Source: Candidatus Peribacteraceae bacterium (GTDB lineage Bacteria > Patescibacteriota > Gracilibacteria > Peribacterales > Peribacteraceae). Taken from it: a stretch of DNA of 35,325 nt. The translations under genes and the position numbers were made by a program. Shown piece after piece: positions 26,017-34,028 of this stretch. How positions within the stretch are numbered: position 1 is the first letter of the stretch; every line of letters starts with the position of its first letter. The DNA lies in NCBI GenBank assembly GCA_035290085.1, contig DATDVK010000013.1, forward strand, positions 1 through 35,325. Direction: 5' to 3'. Below the pieces are notes generated by a model that saw nothing but the letters and a program-made list of their open reading frames with translations, did not search any database and was not told the DNA's origin.

Positions 26017-26769
26017 ATGGATTTACAGGAACCTATCTGTCGATTAGGACTCACGAAGCGTGCGGGGGCTATCTATCTGGCTTGTTTGGAGCATGGCCCG
26101 GAAACAGTCGCTGCTATCGCGCGACATGCAGGCGAGAAACGTTCCACCACCCGATACACGATTGACGAACTCCTGCAGCGGGGGCTTCTCACACTCATGC
26201 GCAAGGGGCGACGAACCCTCTACGATGCACAACGCCCACAGAAGCTTCTCACCCTTCTTTATGAAGAGGAGCGCGAGCTGAAGCATATCCTTCCACGACT
26301 CGAAGAACTCCGTGGCAAAAGAGAGCCCATAGGACGTGTATACCTTCAGGATGATCGAGAGGGACTACGAACGCTCTACCGAGAAATCTACGACTACATC
26401 AACACTTCCGAGGGTGTTTGCTTCCTTACTTCAATGAGCGACCTTTCCAAATACGCTCCGTTCGCGCTGGATATCCACCTTCAAACGCTGAAACAGCGGC
26501 GCTCCTACAACATGCGCGAACTGATACTGGATGAGCCCGCTGGGCGTCAGTGGCTACGAACGATGCGTTCCCATCACGTCACACATCCGTGTCGATTTCT
26601 TCCTCCCACAGCATTGATCGCGAACGACCTCGCACTCTTCGGTACAAAGGTCGGCCTCTTCTCCTTCCGGAAACGATTATCAGCCGTGGTTATCGACGAT
26701 CCTCGTATTGTTCAAACACTTCGTGCACTCTTTGATATTGTTTGGGAGCATGCAGAGGATATTCTCTGA
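26017..26769 (+). CDS. TrmB-family transcriptional regulator
   Basis: N-terminal TrmB-type winged HTH (LGLTKRAGAIYLACLEHGPETVAAIARHAGEKRSTTRYTIDELLQRGLL), then a coiled linker and a C-terminal effector-like domain. Confidence 0.8.
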   Translation: MDLQEPICRLGLTKRAGAIYLACLEHGPETVAAIARHAGEKRSTTRYTIDELLQRGLLTLMRKGRRTLYDAQRPQKLLTLLYEEERELKHILPRLEELRGKREPIGRVYLQDDREGLRTLYREIYDYINTSEGVCFLTSMSDLSKYAPFALDIHLQTLKQRRSYNMRELILDEPAGRQWLRTMRSHHVTHPCRFLPPTALIANDLALFGTKVGLFSFRKRLSAVVIDDPRIVQTLRALFDIVWEHAEDIL

Positions 26770-26900
26770 AGCCGTCAGTCCAGCCTGCGGGATCTTCATC
26801 GGGAACGCGCCACTTACGCTATTCCACTGTGCACCCTTTCTTAGAAAAGCATGATGAGCTATCGGTATTTACTGATAGTTGGAAGCTCGTTCCCCGTCTA

Positions 26901-26929
26901 TTGAATTTTTGCACCATTTGTGCTTTAAT
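26901..26929 (+). promoter_or_regulatory. Sigma-70-like promoter for the 26970 gene
   Basis: TTGAAT (26901-26906), 17-nt spacer, TTTAAT (26924-26929). Confidence 0.4.
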
Positions 26930-26969
26930 GTGTGTGTAAACAAAACTAAACATCCTTCCCATTCTTCCC

Positions 26970-27563
26970 ATGGCACACCATCGCGAAGTGAGTATTGCTG
27001 TCTGTGGCATTGTCGTCGGCACCATGCTCGGTGCAGGCTCTCTCATACTCGGGCGTGATGTCACAGCGAGCGTGGGCGATGCGGACGCGCAATTTACCAC
27101 CTACCGTCAGGGTATTATTTTCGACAACCAGTACCGCAGACGCGCGATTTCGGAGGAAGACCGTCGCACACGGCCACGTGCGGAGGTGCAACAGTTCAAT
27201 GAAAGTGAAGCAGCTCCTGATGTCGAGCAGGGCACAGTAGTGGATGTAGAGGAGTGCAGACAGAGGGTGCGGTATGCAGAGGAAATCCGGGCTTTCGTCA
27301 TTCCGCTCATCCCCGGCCGTGCCATCGATCAGCTCGTGCGGTCTTCCATGCAGGATGCGTTTGATGCCTACATTGCAGACTGTCTGCCGTATGTCGGAGA
27401 GGAGGAGGTACAGGAATCCGAAGCGGGCGCTGACATGGAAGTGCAGCCGGATGTGCTTTTCGACGGTGATACTGAGTACTGTTACCAGTACACCGGTTCA
27501 CGCCGCAGCCGCTGCATCGTCGAACAGCGCGAGAACGCAACCCGCTACCAGGATCACAGATAG
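26970..27563 (+). CDS. Hypothetical membrane-anchored protein (197 aa)
   Basis: N-terminal TM (VSIAVCGIVVGTMLGAGSLILG) and an acidic body. No family recognised. Confidence 0.5.
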   Translation: MAHHREVSIAVCGIVVGTMLGAGSLILGRDVTASVGDADAQFTTYRQGIIFDNQYRRRAISEEDRRTRPRAEVQQFNESEAAPDVEQGTVVDVEECRQRVRYAEEIRAFVIPLIPGRAIDQLVRSSMQDAFDAYIADCLPYVGEEEVQESEAGADMEVQPDVLFDGDTEYCYQYTGSRRSRCIVEQRENATRYQDHR

Positions 27564-27597
27564 GGTTGGGGGTAGGAGTAGGGTTTGAGATTGTGGG

Positions 27598-27750
27598 TTT
27601 TCAGCTTCTAGCTTTCAGGAGATAGCTTATAGGAAAGAGCTGCAGTGCTTGGGACCCTAAGGTTTGAAAACTTAAGGATTGACGATTCAAAGCCATAAAT
27701 TTTAAGAGCTTTGGATTTCCTGAAAGCTAGAAGTTACAAGCTGAAAGCTA
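27598..27750. repeat. Long-range inverted repeat, family B, filling a convergent intergenic region
   Basis: CTTCTAGCTTTCAGGA (27605-27620) and TCCTGAAAGCTAGAAG (27718-27733) are exact reverse complements. The arms extend imperfectly (TTTTCAG / CTGAAAG) across a TTACAA insertion. Confidence 0.55.
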
Positions 27751-28998
27751 TTGGAAGGTCAAAACTTCCGGTGCGAAAACCAACAGCAATCCCAGTCCAT
27801 ACATCAGGCATCCCCCGAATATCAGGGTGAATCGCTGGTACTTCGTTGTGAGTCCTGTGGCGTGCAGTGTGTATATTGCAATGGCGAAAATAACAATGTC
27901 ATCGATCATGTAGAGCAGGATGTAGAGGGCCATGTAGCTGTAACGGGCGAGATGCGATACTTCGTTGAATGCCAGAATCTGTGTGAAGATGGCAGGGATA
28001 CCTGCAGTGCAAACCAGCTCGATGGTGTTCACGGACACTGCGAGAATTGCAACGCCCAGAATCATCGCCGGCCAGGCGGAGACCTCCAGGATATGCTTCA
28101 TCTTTGCAACGGTTCTCTGCCGTTGTTTCATATTCGTGACTTTGCACTCGTTGGGATTTTTCCCGAATGCTTCGTACAGGTAGAAGGCGCCGCCGCAGAC
28201 AGCCACGAGTCCTATGATTTTCTGCACGATGAAATTGAAGCCAATGAGGAGGAACACATTGAGCCATGCTGCAATGAAGAGGTAGTAGATGGCACCGCTC
28301 ACGAAGAGAAATGTTCCGCCTATCACCCACACTTTCCGCATGTCGCTCGTGCTGATGAGCAGAGTGAGCAGCGTGATGAGTACCCACATGGCGCACGGAT
28401 TAAATCCATCCAGGAATCCGAGGAGAATGGAGAGAGCGGGGAGGGAGAGCAGTGTGAGATCCACTTCCCCGATGAACCAGAGATCAAACACGTATTTCTC
28501 CAGCGGTGAGTCGCATCCTTCCGTGCAGGTTCCCTCTGCGGCACTCTCCAGTTCGGCGACGGCGTCACTCGCAATGAAATCCTCGTACGGGAGGCAGCCC
28601 GCCGCATCCTCCCGGCATGTGTCAACTATCTCCTTTAATTTCTGCCCGGTGGTCGCATCTGTCTTGTACCCCTGGAGGACGTGGCCGTTCACTACGAATG
28701 TAGGCACACCCTGATTCAGGGTGGGTACATGCTTCTGCACATCTTTGAACATGTACTGGCTCTTTACTTGTGTGATCTCGCGGTAGTCGATTTCCCATCC
28801 CTGTTCCTGTGCGAAGGCGTGGAATGCCGCGCAGTGCGGGCAGTTCTCCTGTACGAAGGCGACAATGTCTGCTCCCGGATTCGGCTGGTACTTTCCTCCG
28901 GTGTTTTCTCTCCCGTCCAGGAATCGGTTGGGGTAGAGGAACGCAAGAACGACGACAGGTATCAGAGCGATGCCGAAAGCAATTGAGAGACGTTTCAT
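27748..28998 (-). CDS. Fusion of an extracytoplasmic glutaredoxin/thioredoxin-fold domain with a CcdA/DsbD-like membrane domain
   Basis: Signal anchor. CPHC redox motif (FVQENCPHCAAF...GVPTFVVNG). Cys-rich linker (CTEGC). Polytopic domain with FNPCAMWVL and LVCTAGIP, which resemble the two TM cysteine motifs of CcdA/DsbD_2 proteins. Confidence 0.7.
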   Translation of the reverse strand: MKRLSIAFGIALIPVVVLAFLYPNRFLDGRENTGGKYQPNPGADIVAFVQENCPHCAAFHAFAQEQGWEIDYREITQVKSQYMFKDVQKHVPTLNQGVPTFVVNGHVLQGYKTDATTGQKLKEIVDTCREDAAGCLPYEDFIASDAVAELESAAEGTCTEGCDSPLEKYVFDLWFIGEVDLTLLSLPALSILLGFLDGFNPCAMWVLITLLTLLISTSDMRKVWVIGGTFLFVSGAIYYLFIAAWLNVFLLIGFNFIVQKIIGLVAVCGGAFYLYEAFGKNPNECKVTNMKQRQRTVAKMKHILEVSAWPAMILGVAILAVSVNTIELVCTAGIPAIFTQILAFNEVSHLARYSYMALYILLYMIDDIVIFAIAIYTLHATGLTTKYQRFTLIFGGCLMYGLGLLLVFAPEVLTFQ

Positions 28999-29163
28999 CG
29001 GAAAAATGGTGCAGGAAAGTATAGCATTTCCCCTGGTGTTGCCAGGAAGAAAAGGTGCGATGCAAAAATAGTCTCTGTGAGCTACAGATTTTTGGCTTAC
29101 TGGAGCCAGAACAAGTCAACTATTCCCTTGAAAAGAACGGTAGTCGGTGTAGCATCGCGCGGT

Positions 29164-29847
29164 ATGGGCATGCGCCATCTCGACGGGACGGAAGTTCATT
29201 CTGATGAGTTGGGAAGACGGGTACTAGCTGATGAACTTATCTGGATGGACAGATTGCTGCATTACTCCGGTGCTGAGCCGGAGGCCGGGCGCATCCTTAC
29301 CGTGACGGAAGATGCATTGCGCCCCGGTTCTGCGAGGAGACCGTACTGGCAGGCGGTGGCGAATTTTCAGGAAAGACACCGGGCGGAGCTCGAAGCCATT
29401 CTGCATTCGGATGTCGCACTTCCTCTCGTGGAAAGTTTTCGCGAGCGTTTTGAGTGGCTGTTTGCTCTGGCGGAGGAGTTGGATACAACTGAGCCGGTGG
29501 AGGAATTCGACGAAGAGTTCCAGAAGTATCTGGATGAGGTTGCAGCGATGATTCATGAGCTCAAGTATCTTTTCGCGGAGAAGAATCCCGATGGCATGAA
29601 GGTGCAGCAGGCCCAGGCACTGGCGCAGAGCAAGGTTGTTGCCCGTGCGTGGGATGCTCACCACCAGTTAGTTCTAGTGAAGCAGGCGACGACTCTCCCG
29701 GTGATGGAGACCGACGGTATTCTTGGGGAGGGAAGATCCCGTCCCGCGATACTGGAGATGGGGAGGGTGGGGAGTGTGGAAACGTCCCCAGGGAAGCGTG
29801 CTCACGGGCTCTGGTTCCTGCCGGGGTATCTGCGACCTGCGGTGTGA
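29164..29847 (+). CDS. Hypothetical helical protein
   Basis: The ORF is open from GTG 29077, and the first ATG is at 29164 (MGMRHLDG). The composition is helical and acidic. No family recognised, and the start is uncertain. Confidence 0.5.
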   Translation: MGMRHLDGTEVHSDELGRRVLADELIWMDRLLHYSGAEPEAGRILTVTEDALRPGSARRPYWQAVANFQERHRAELEAILHSDVALPLVESFRERFEWLFALAEELDTTEPVEEFDEEFQKYLDEVAAMIHELKYLFAEKNPDGMKVQQAQALAQSKVVARAWDAHHQLVLVKQATTLPVMETDGILGEGRSRPAILEMGRVGSVETSPGKRAHGLWFLPGYLRPAV

Positions 29848-29980
29848 GGGTTTCCGACTCCCCGCATTCCGCCGTTTTTGCACGGTTCTTTTGACGATCT
29901 TGTGTGGCGTTCTGCCTGTGGACACAACAGAAGAATAGCTTGCCTGATAGGTGAAAAAGGTGTACATTTGCTTAAATCCC

Positions 29981-31033
29981 ATGAGCAGGACCAAGCCCAT
30001 TCTGCCGGCTTCCACTAACCCCCGTGACTTTGTCATCGCGACCCTCGGCAGCCACAGCGCACTCCAGATTCTCAAAGGGGCGCAGGATGAGGGTATGAGG
30101 AGTCTTGTCATCTGTAAGAAGGGATCGGAGAAACCCTATGAGAGTTTCGGCGTTGCCGATGAAATTCTCTCTGTGGATGACTGGACGGAGTGGGACGAGA
30201 AGATCGAGGAAGAGCTCATCCGCCGCAATGCCATCATCATTCCTCATGGTTCTTTTATCGCGTACATCGGGCATGATCGCGTGAGGGAGATGCAGGTGAT
30301 GTACTACGGGACGAAAGAAATACTCCAGTGGGAATCTGACAGGAGAATGGAGAGACAATGGCTGGAGAAGGCGGGGCTCAAGCTCCCCCGTGTCTTTGAG
30401 AAGCCGGAAGATATAGAGAAGCCTGTGATTGTGAAGTTCCACGGAGCGGGCGGAGGGTTTGGGTACTTCATTGCCAAAACACCTGCACAGTTCTATGAGG
30501 TGAAGAACCGCAAGTATCCCAAGGAGAACGATTACGCCATCCAGGAGTACATCGTGGGTGTGCCGATCTATGCGCACTACTTCTACTCGCCTCTCACCAA
30601 GGAGCTCGAACTCATGAGCTTCGACAAGCGGTACGAGAGTAATGCAGATTCCATCGGGCGCATCAGGGCGGAAGACCAGCTTGCGGCAAACATCCACACG
30701 AGTTACACCATCGTCGGGAACATCCCGCTCGTCGTGCGCGAGTCACTTCTCCCGCAGTTCTTTGAGATGGGTGAACGTGTGGTGCAAGTGAGCAAGGATC
30801 TCTGCGGCAAAGGTTTGTTTGGTCCGTTCTGCCTCGAATGCATTGTTACCAGGAAGCTGGAGATCTTCGTGTTCGAGATCAGCGCACGCATCGTTGCCGG
30901 CACCAATCCCTTCATAGAAGGGTCGCCCTACACTGCACTGAAGTACAAGGAACCCATGAGCACCGGCCGCCGCATTGCCAGGGACATTAAAGAAGCCATT
31001 ACCCAGGGAAAACTTGAACAAGTATTGGGCTAG
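29981..31033 (+). CDS. purP: PurP-family ATP-grasp enzyme (archaeal-type FAICAR synthetase), paralog 1
   Basis: IATLGSHSALQILKGAQDEG...IIIPHGSF..Y.G is typical of the PurP N-domain. The ATP-grasp C-domain shows YAIQEYIVGVPIYAHYFYSPL...LELMSFDKRYESN. Start at ATG 29981. Confidence 0.85.
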   Translation: MSRTKPILPASTNPRDFVIATLGSHSALQILKGAQDEGMRSLVICKKGSEKPYESFGVADEILSVDDWTEWDEKIEEELIRRNAIIIPHGSFIAYIGHDRVREMQVMYYGTKEILQWESDRRMERQWLEKAGLKLPRVFEKPEDIEKPVIVKFHGAGGGFGYFIAKTPAQFYEVKNRKYPKENDYAIQEYIVGVPIYAHYFYSPLTKELELMSFDKRYESNADSIGRIRAEDQLAANIHTSYTIVGNIPLVVRESLLPQFFEMGERVVQVSKDLCGKGLFGPFCLECIVTRKLEIFVFEISARIVAGTNPFIEGSPYTALKYKEPMSTGRRIARDIKEAITQGKLEQVLG

Positions 31034-31037
31034 CAAT

Positions 31038-31124
31038 GGCTATGGCCGGCAGGCCGGCCGCCGCATTGCGAGGGATATAAAGCAGGCGATAGAGCAGGGG
31101 AGGCTGGAGGAGGTGCTGGGTTGA
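31038..31124 (+). pseudogene. Orphan fragment duplicating the last ~22 codons of a purP gene
   Basis: Frame 31056-31124 reads GRRIARDIKQAIEQGRLEEVLG*, against the purP1 tail GRRIARDIKEAITQGKLEQVLG* (18/22 identical, different codons). It has no start codon and is out of frame with purP1. Confidence 0.6.
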
Positions 31125-31127
31125 TCT

Positions 31128-31218
31128 AGAGTAATAGGGTTTAGAATAATAGGTAAAGTGAGGACACCGGGAGAGGGATGCAAGAGCTTTGTCCTATTAT
31201 TCTCATTCCTATTATTCT
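31128..31218. repeat. Intergenic inverted repeat, family A, locus 3
   Basis: AGAGTAATAGGG (31128-31139) and AGAATAATAGG (31143-31153) face CCTATTATTCT at 31193-31203 and 31208-31218. Confidence 0.6.
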
Positions 31219-31263
31219 CTCTACTATTTATTATCTTCTCTCAACCCTCTACCATTTCCATCA

Positions 31264-32400
31264 ATGGACTTCACAGCACTCCTCAAGGGCTACGATTCCA
31301 AGAACATTACTGTCGGGATGCTCGGGGGACACAGTGCGCTGGACGTCGCTCATGGTGCGAAGAAATACGGGTTCAAGACAGTCTGTGTCGCGCGGGAGGG
31401 GCGCGAGAAAACGTTCACCAAGTACTATAAGACGCGCGATGGGCGCGGGTGCATAGATGAAGTCATCGTCCGTCCGCGGTTTTCAGATGTGCTGAATCCG
31501 GATGTGCAGGAGCAGCTGCGTTCCCTGAATACTGTGTTTGTCCATAACAGGTACTTCTGGGTGTACTTCGATGATTTCTCTAAAATTGAAAATGATTTCA
31601 ACGTTCCCATCTTCGGCTCACGCCATCTTGTGAAGGTGGAAGAGCGCGATCAGCCCTTCAACCAGTACCATCTCCTCCAGTTCGCGGGCATCCGCGCGCC
31701 GCGCATCTTCGCATCTCCGGACGATATGGATGGCCGGCTCTGCATCATCAAGGCCAGCGAGGCGCGCCGCGGGTATGAGCGTGCGTTCTTCCTTGCGGAT
31801 AGCAAGTCCTCCTGGGAGAAGGAGGGGCGCCGTCTGGAGAAAGAGGGGCTTGTGGGCCCCAACTGGCGGACTGCAACCATCGAGGAATTCGTGGTCGGTG
31901 CCCCGGTGAATTTCAATTTCTTCTACTCCCCCCTCACGGAAGAGCTGGAACTGCTCGGCACAGATACCCGCAGGCAGACAAACCTGGATGGCTTCCTTAG
32001 GCTCGCGGCGTGGGAGCAGGAGAAAGTGCGCAAGCATGTGGATCTGAAGATGATTGAAACGGGGCATCTTGCCTGTACGGTCAAAGAGTCCATCCTTGAG
32101 AAGGCATACGATCTCGGGGAGAGGTTCGTTGCAGAAACGAAGAAGATCTCTCCGGAGGTCGATCCCGCCGGGAAAGGCATCATCGGGCCGTTCGCGCTCC
32201 AGGGCGCAGTGACAGCGGAAGAGGGGAAAGAGGACATTGTCATCTTCGATGTCTCGCTGCGCATCCCCGGCTCGCCCGGCATACGCTCCACGCCGTACTC
32301 GGGGTACCTCCACGGTGAGTCGATGAGTGTTGGTGAACGCATCGGGCTGGAACTGAAGAATGCGGTCGCTGCGAACGCGCTGCACAAGGTTGTAACGTAA
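31264..32400 (+). CDS. PurP-family ATP-grasp enzyme, divergent paralog 2
   Basis: VGMLGGHSALDVAHGAKKYG, IEEFVVGAPVNFNFFYSPL..ELELLGTDTRRQTN and GPFALQG are colinear with paralog 1 at roughly 30% identity by eye. Start at ATG 31264. Confidence 0.8.
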   Translation: MDFTALLKGYDSKNITVGMLGGHSALDVAHGAKKYGFKTVCVAREGREKTFTKYYKTRDGRGCIDEVIVRPRFSDVLNPDVQEQLRSLNTVFVHNRYFWVYFDDFSKIENDFNVPIFGSRHLVKVEERDQPFNQYHLLQFAGIRAPRIFASPDDMDGRLCIIKASEARRGYERAFFLADSKSSWEKEGRRLEKEGLVGPNWRTATIEEFVVGAPVNFNFFYSPLTEELELLGTDTRRQTNLDGFLRLAAWEQEKVRKHVDLKMIETGHLACTVKESILEKAYDLGERFVAETKKISPEVDPAGKGIIGPFALQGAVTAEEGKEDIVIFDVSLRIPGSPGIRSTPYSGYLHGESMSVGERIGLELKNAVAANALHKVVT

Positions 32401-32402
32401 GG

Positions 32403-32960
32403 ATGGAGGAACACGTGCACTGCAGAAAGGCGGTTCCCGGAGATGAGCACACCGTGTCTGCTCTTGCGCAGCTGCTGGAGATCCACGAGGGGGATAATCC
32501 TTCTCTTGCGATGCACCGTGGATTCCTGTTCTACGCCAAACCCGAGGAGGTCTACCGTCAGCGTTTCTCCATTTCACAGTACTGCTTCATAGCCGAGCAG
32601 GAGGGGGAGATCGTGGGAGTTCTCGTCGCGCATGATCGGGGGGAACTCGAGGGACTCGGTGCATCTCTGAAATATCCCAGGGCTCTGGTGGAATACCTCT
32701 TCAGTCTCCCGTATCCGCACTGGATCTACATCGATGAGCTCGCCGTGCATCCCGGCCACCAGCACCACGGCATCGGGCAGCACCTGTACGATTTCGCGTT
32801 CGGGAATGTGTCGGGGAGCATCCTCCTCGCGGGGATTTCGCACGATCCTATTCCGAATGAAGCTTCGCTCCACTTCTTTACGAAGAACGGGCACACACTT
32901 CTCACCGAGCTGCAGGAAGGGGAGTGGCTGTGTGGGATATATGGGAGAACGATCAAATAG
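32403..32960 (+). CDS. GNAT-family N-acetyltransferase
   Basis: Acetyl-CoA motif A region IDELAVHPGHQHHGIGQHLYDFAF. The gene starts 2 nt after the purP paralog 2 stop. Confidence 0.75.
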   Translation: MEEHVHCRKAVPGDEHTVSALAQLLEIHEGDNPSLAMHRGFLFYAKPEEVYRQRFSISQYCFIAEQEGEIVGVLVAHDRGELEGLGASLKYPRALVEYLFSLPYPHWIYIDELAVHPGHQHHGIGQHLYDFAFGNVSGSILLAGISHDPIPNEASLHFFTKNGHTLLTELQEGEWLCGIYGRTIK

Positions 32961-32984
32961 AACCAGTGGAGAAGGATTGGACTG

Positions 32985-33905
32985 TCATAGACCTTCACTT
33001 GCCTGTGCTGCGATGTTGCATTGTTCCACTGGTTGCCTGGTAGTACGGTCGTTTGGAACCGCAGGAGGTTCCAGGTAGAACTGCTTCAGTGGGTGGGTGC
33101 CTCGCTTCCGTGATCCACCAAGTACATGTCCGATGCGTGTTCTCGTGTGGAGCGCATCCCACATTGCCCTGCCATCCGGGAAGACATCTGTTGCCACTCC
33201 CGTCTGCAGGAGGTCTTGTTCTCCGAGGACGAATTCTATCCTGTGATTCGTGGGATCCATTTCTGCGGTCCGGATGATGTTCTCGATGTGTGCCTGCTGC
33301 CCGTTGCCTTTCGTGATTCTCCTGAGCCGGGGCTGGTAGATCTGTTCAATGTCATGCACAGCTCTCCCGCGCAGCTGCCTCTCGTTGTCACCGTTAAACC
33401 TTCTCCCGTGGATGAGCACGCTGGAGCCTCTCTCCATCCACCGCTCGTTTCCAAAGATGTACATCCCTCCCGCTGCACTGCATGCCTGGCCCCGCACGGC
33501 AGCTATGACACTTCCCCCGAACGTATCGATGTCATCTATGGCTTCGATGACAGTTTCCATGGTCGTGATGCTCCCTCCTCTCGAGGAAAGCTGGTTCACG
33601 AAGTTGGCATCGCCGGCTTCTATGGCTTCCATTGCCCGGCGGGTTGCCCCCTTCCTTCTGCTCGTATTTCTGAGCTTTTGCATGGTGTCATACTGCCTGG
33701 TTGTCTCTGCTAATCTATTCTGCTGCTGGGCGATCACGGACCGGTGCAATGCAGCTGCGAACTCCACCGCAAGCCAGCTGATTCTGTCTATTGTGTGTCT
33801 CTTCGGTTCGGCGAAGAAGATCATCTGGTCGGCTGGTTTACCTCCCACAAGTCCTGAGAATACTGTGAAAATAGTGGTATCCCGTTGCTTGTTCCGCCGT
33901 TCCAT
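32985..33905 (-). CDS. ClpP/crotonase-fold serine peptidase-like protein (S14/S49-like)
   Basis: SSRGGSITTMETVIEAID...IAAVRGQACSAAGGMYIFG...SSVLIHG is colinear with the ClpP pattern SPGGS....IYD...G.AAS.G....G...P...MIHQP. About 40 aa are inserted near the N-terminus. Confidence 0.65.
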   Translation of the reverse strand: MERRNKQRDTTIFTVFSGLVGGKPADQMIFFAEPKRHTIDRISWLAVEFAAALHRSVIAQQQNRLAETTRQYDTMQKLRNTSRRKGATRRAMEAIEAGDANFVNQLSSRGGSITTMETVIEAIDDIDTFGGSVIAAVRGQACSAAGGMYIFGNERWMERGSSVLIHGRRFNGDNERQLRGRAVHDIEQIYQPRLRRITKGNGQQAHIENIIRTAEMDPTNHRIEFVLGEQDLLQTGVATDVFPDGRAMWDALHTRTRIGHVLGGSRKRGTHPLKQFYLEPPAVPNDRTTRQPVEQCNIAAQASEGL

Positions 33906-33914
33906 TGGCTGCGC

Positions 33915-33942
33915 AATGTAGCACGTGAATGTTCTCTGTCAA
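33915..33942 (-). promoter_or_regulatory. Promoter of the ClpP-like gene (near-leaderless)
   Basis: Minus strand: TTGACA (33942-33937), 16-nt spacer, TACATT (33920-33915). Only 9 nt separate the -10 from the ATG (33905). Confidence 0.45.
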
Positions 33943-33989
33943 CGCGGGGGATAAAGTTGTTGAATTCCCACGGTTTGATCAACTAAAAG

Positions 33990-34019
33990 TTGACAGGGCG
34001 GAGTTCTGGTACTAAAAAT
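33990..34019 (+). promoter_or_regulatory. Promoter of the 34029 gene (near-leaderless)
   Basis: TTGACA (33990-33995), 17-18-nt spacer, TAAAAAT (34013-34019). The ATG at 34029 follows 9-10 nt later. Confidence 0.45.
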
Positions 34020-34028
34020 ACCTTTCCT

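Noticed and set aside
29848-29980. ZTP (ZMP/AICAR-sensing) riboswitch upstream of purP.
   Set aside because: This would be biologically attractive. However, the conserved pfl-motif elements (GGGUCGUGACUGGCG-type 5' domain and the CCGCCUGGGC 3' element) are not present. Only an isolated CCGCC is seen.
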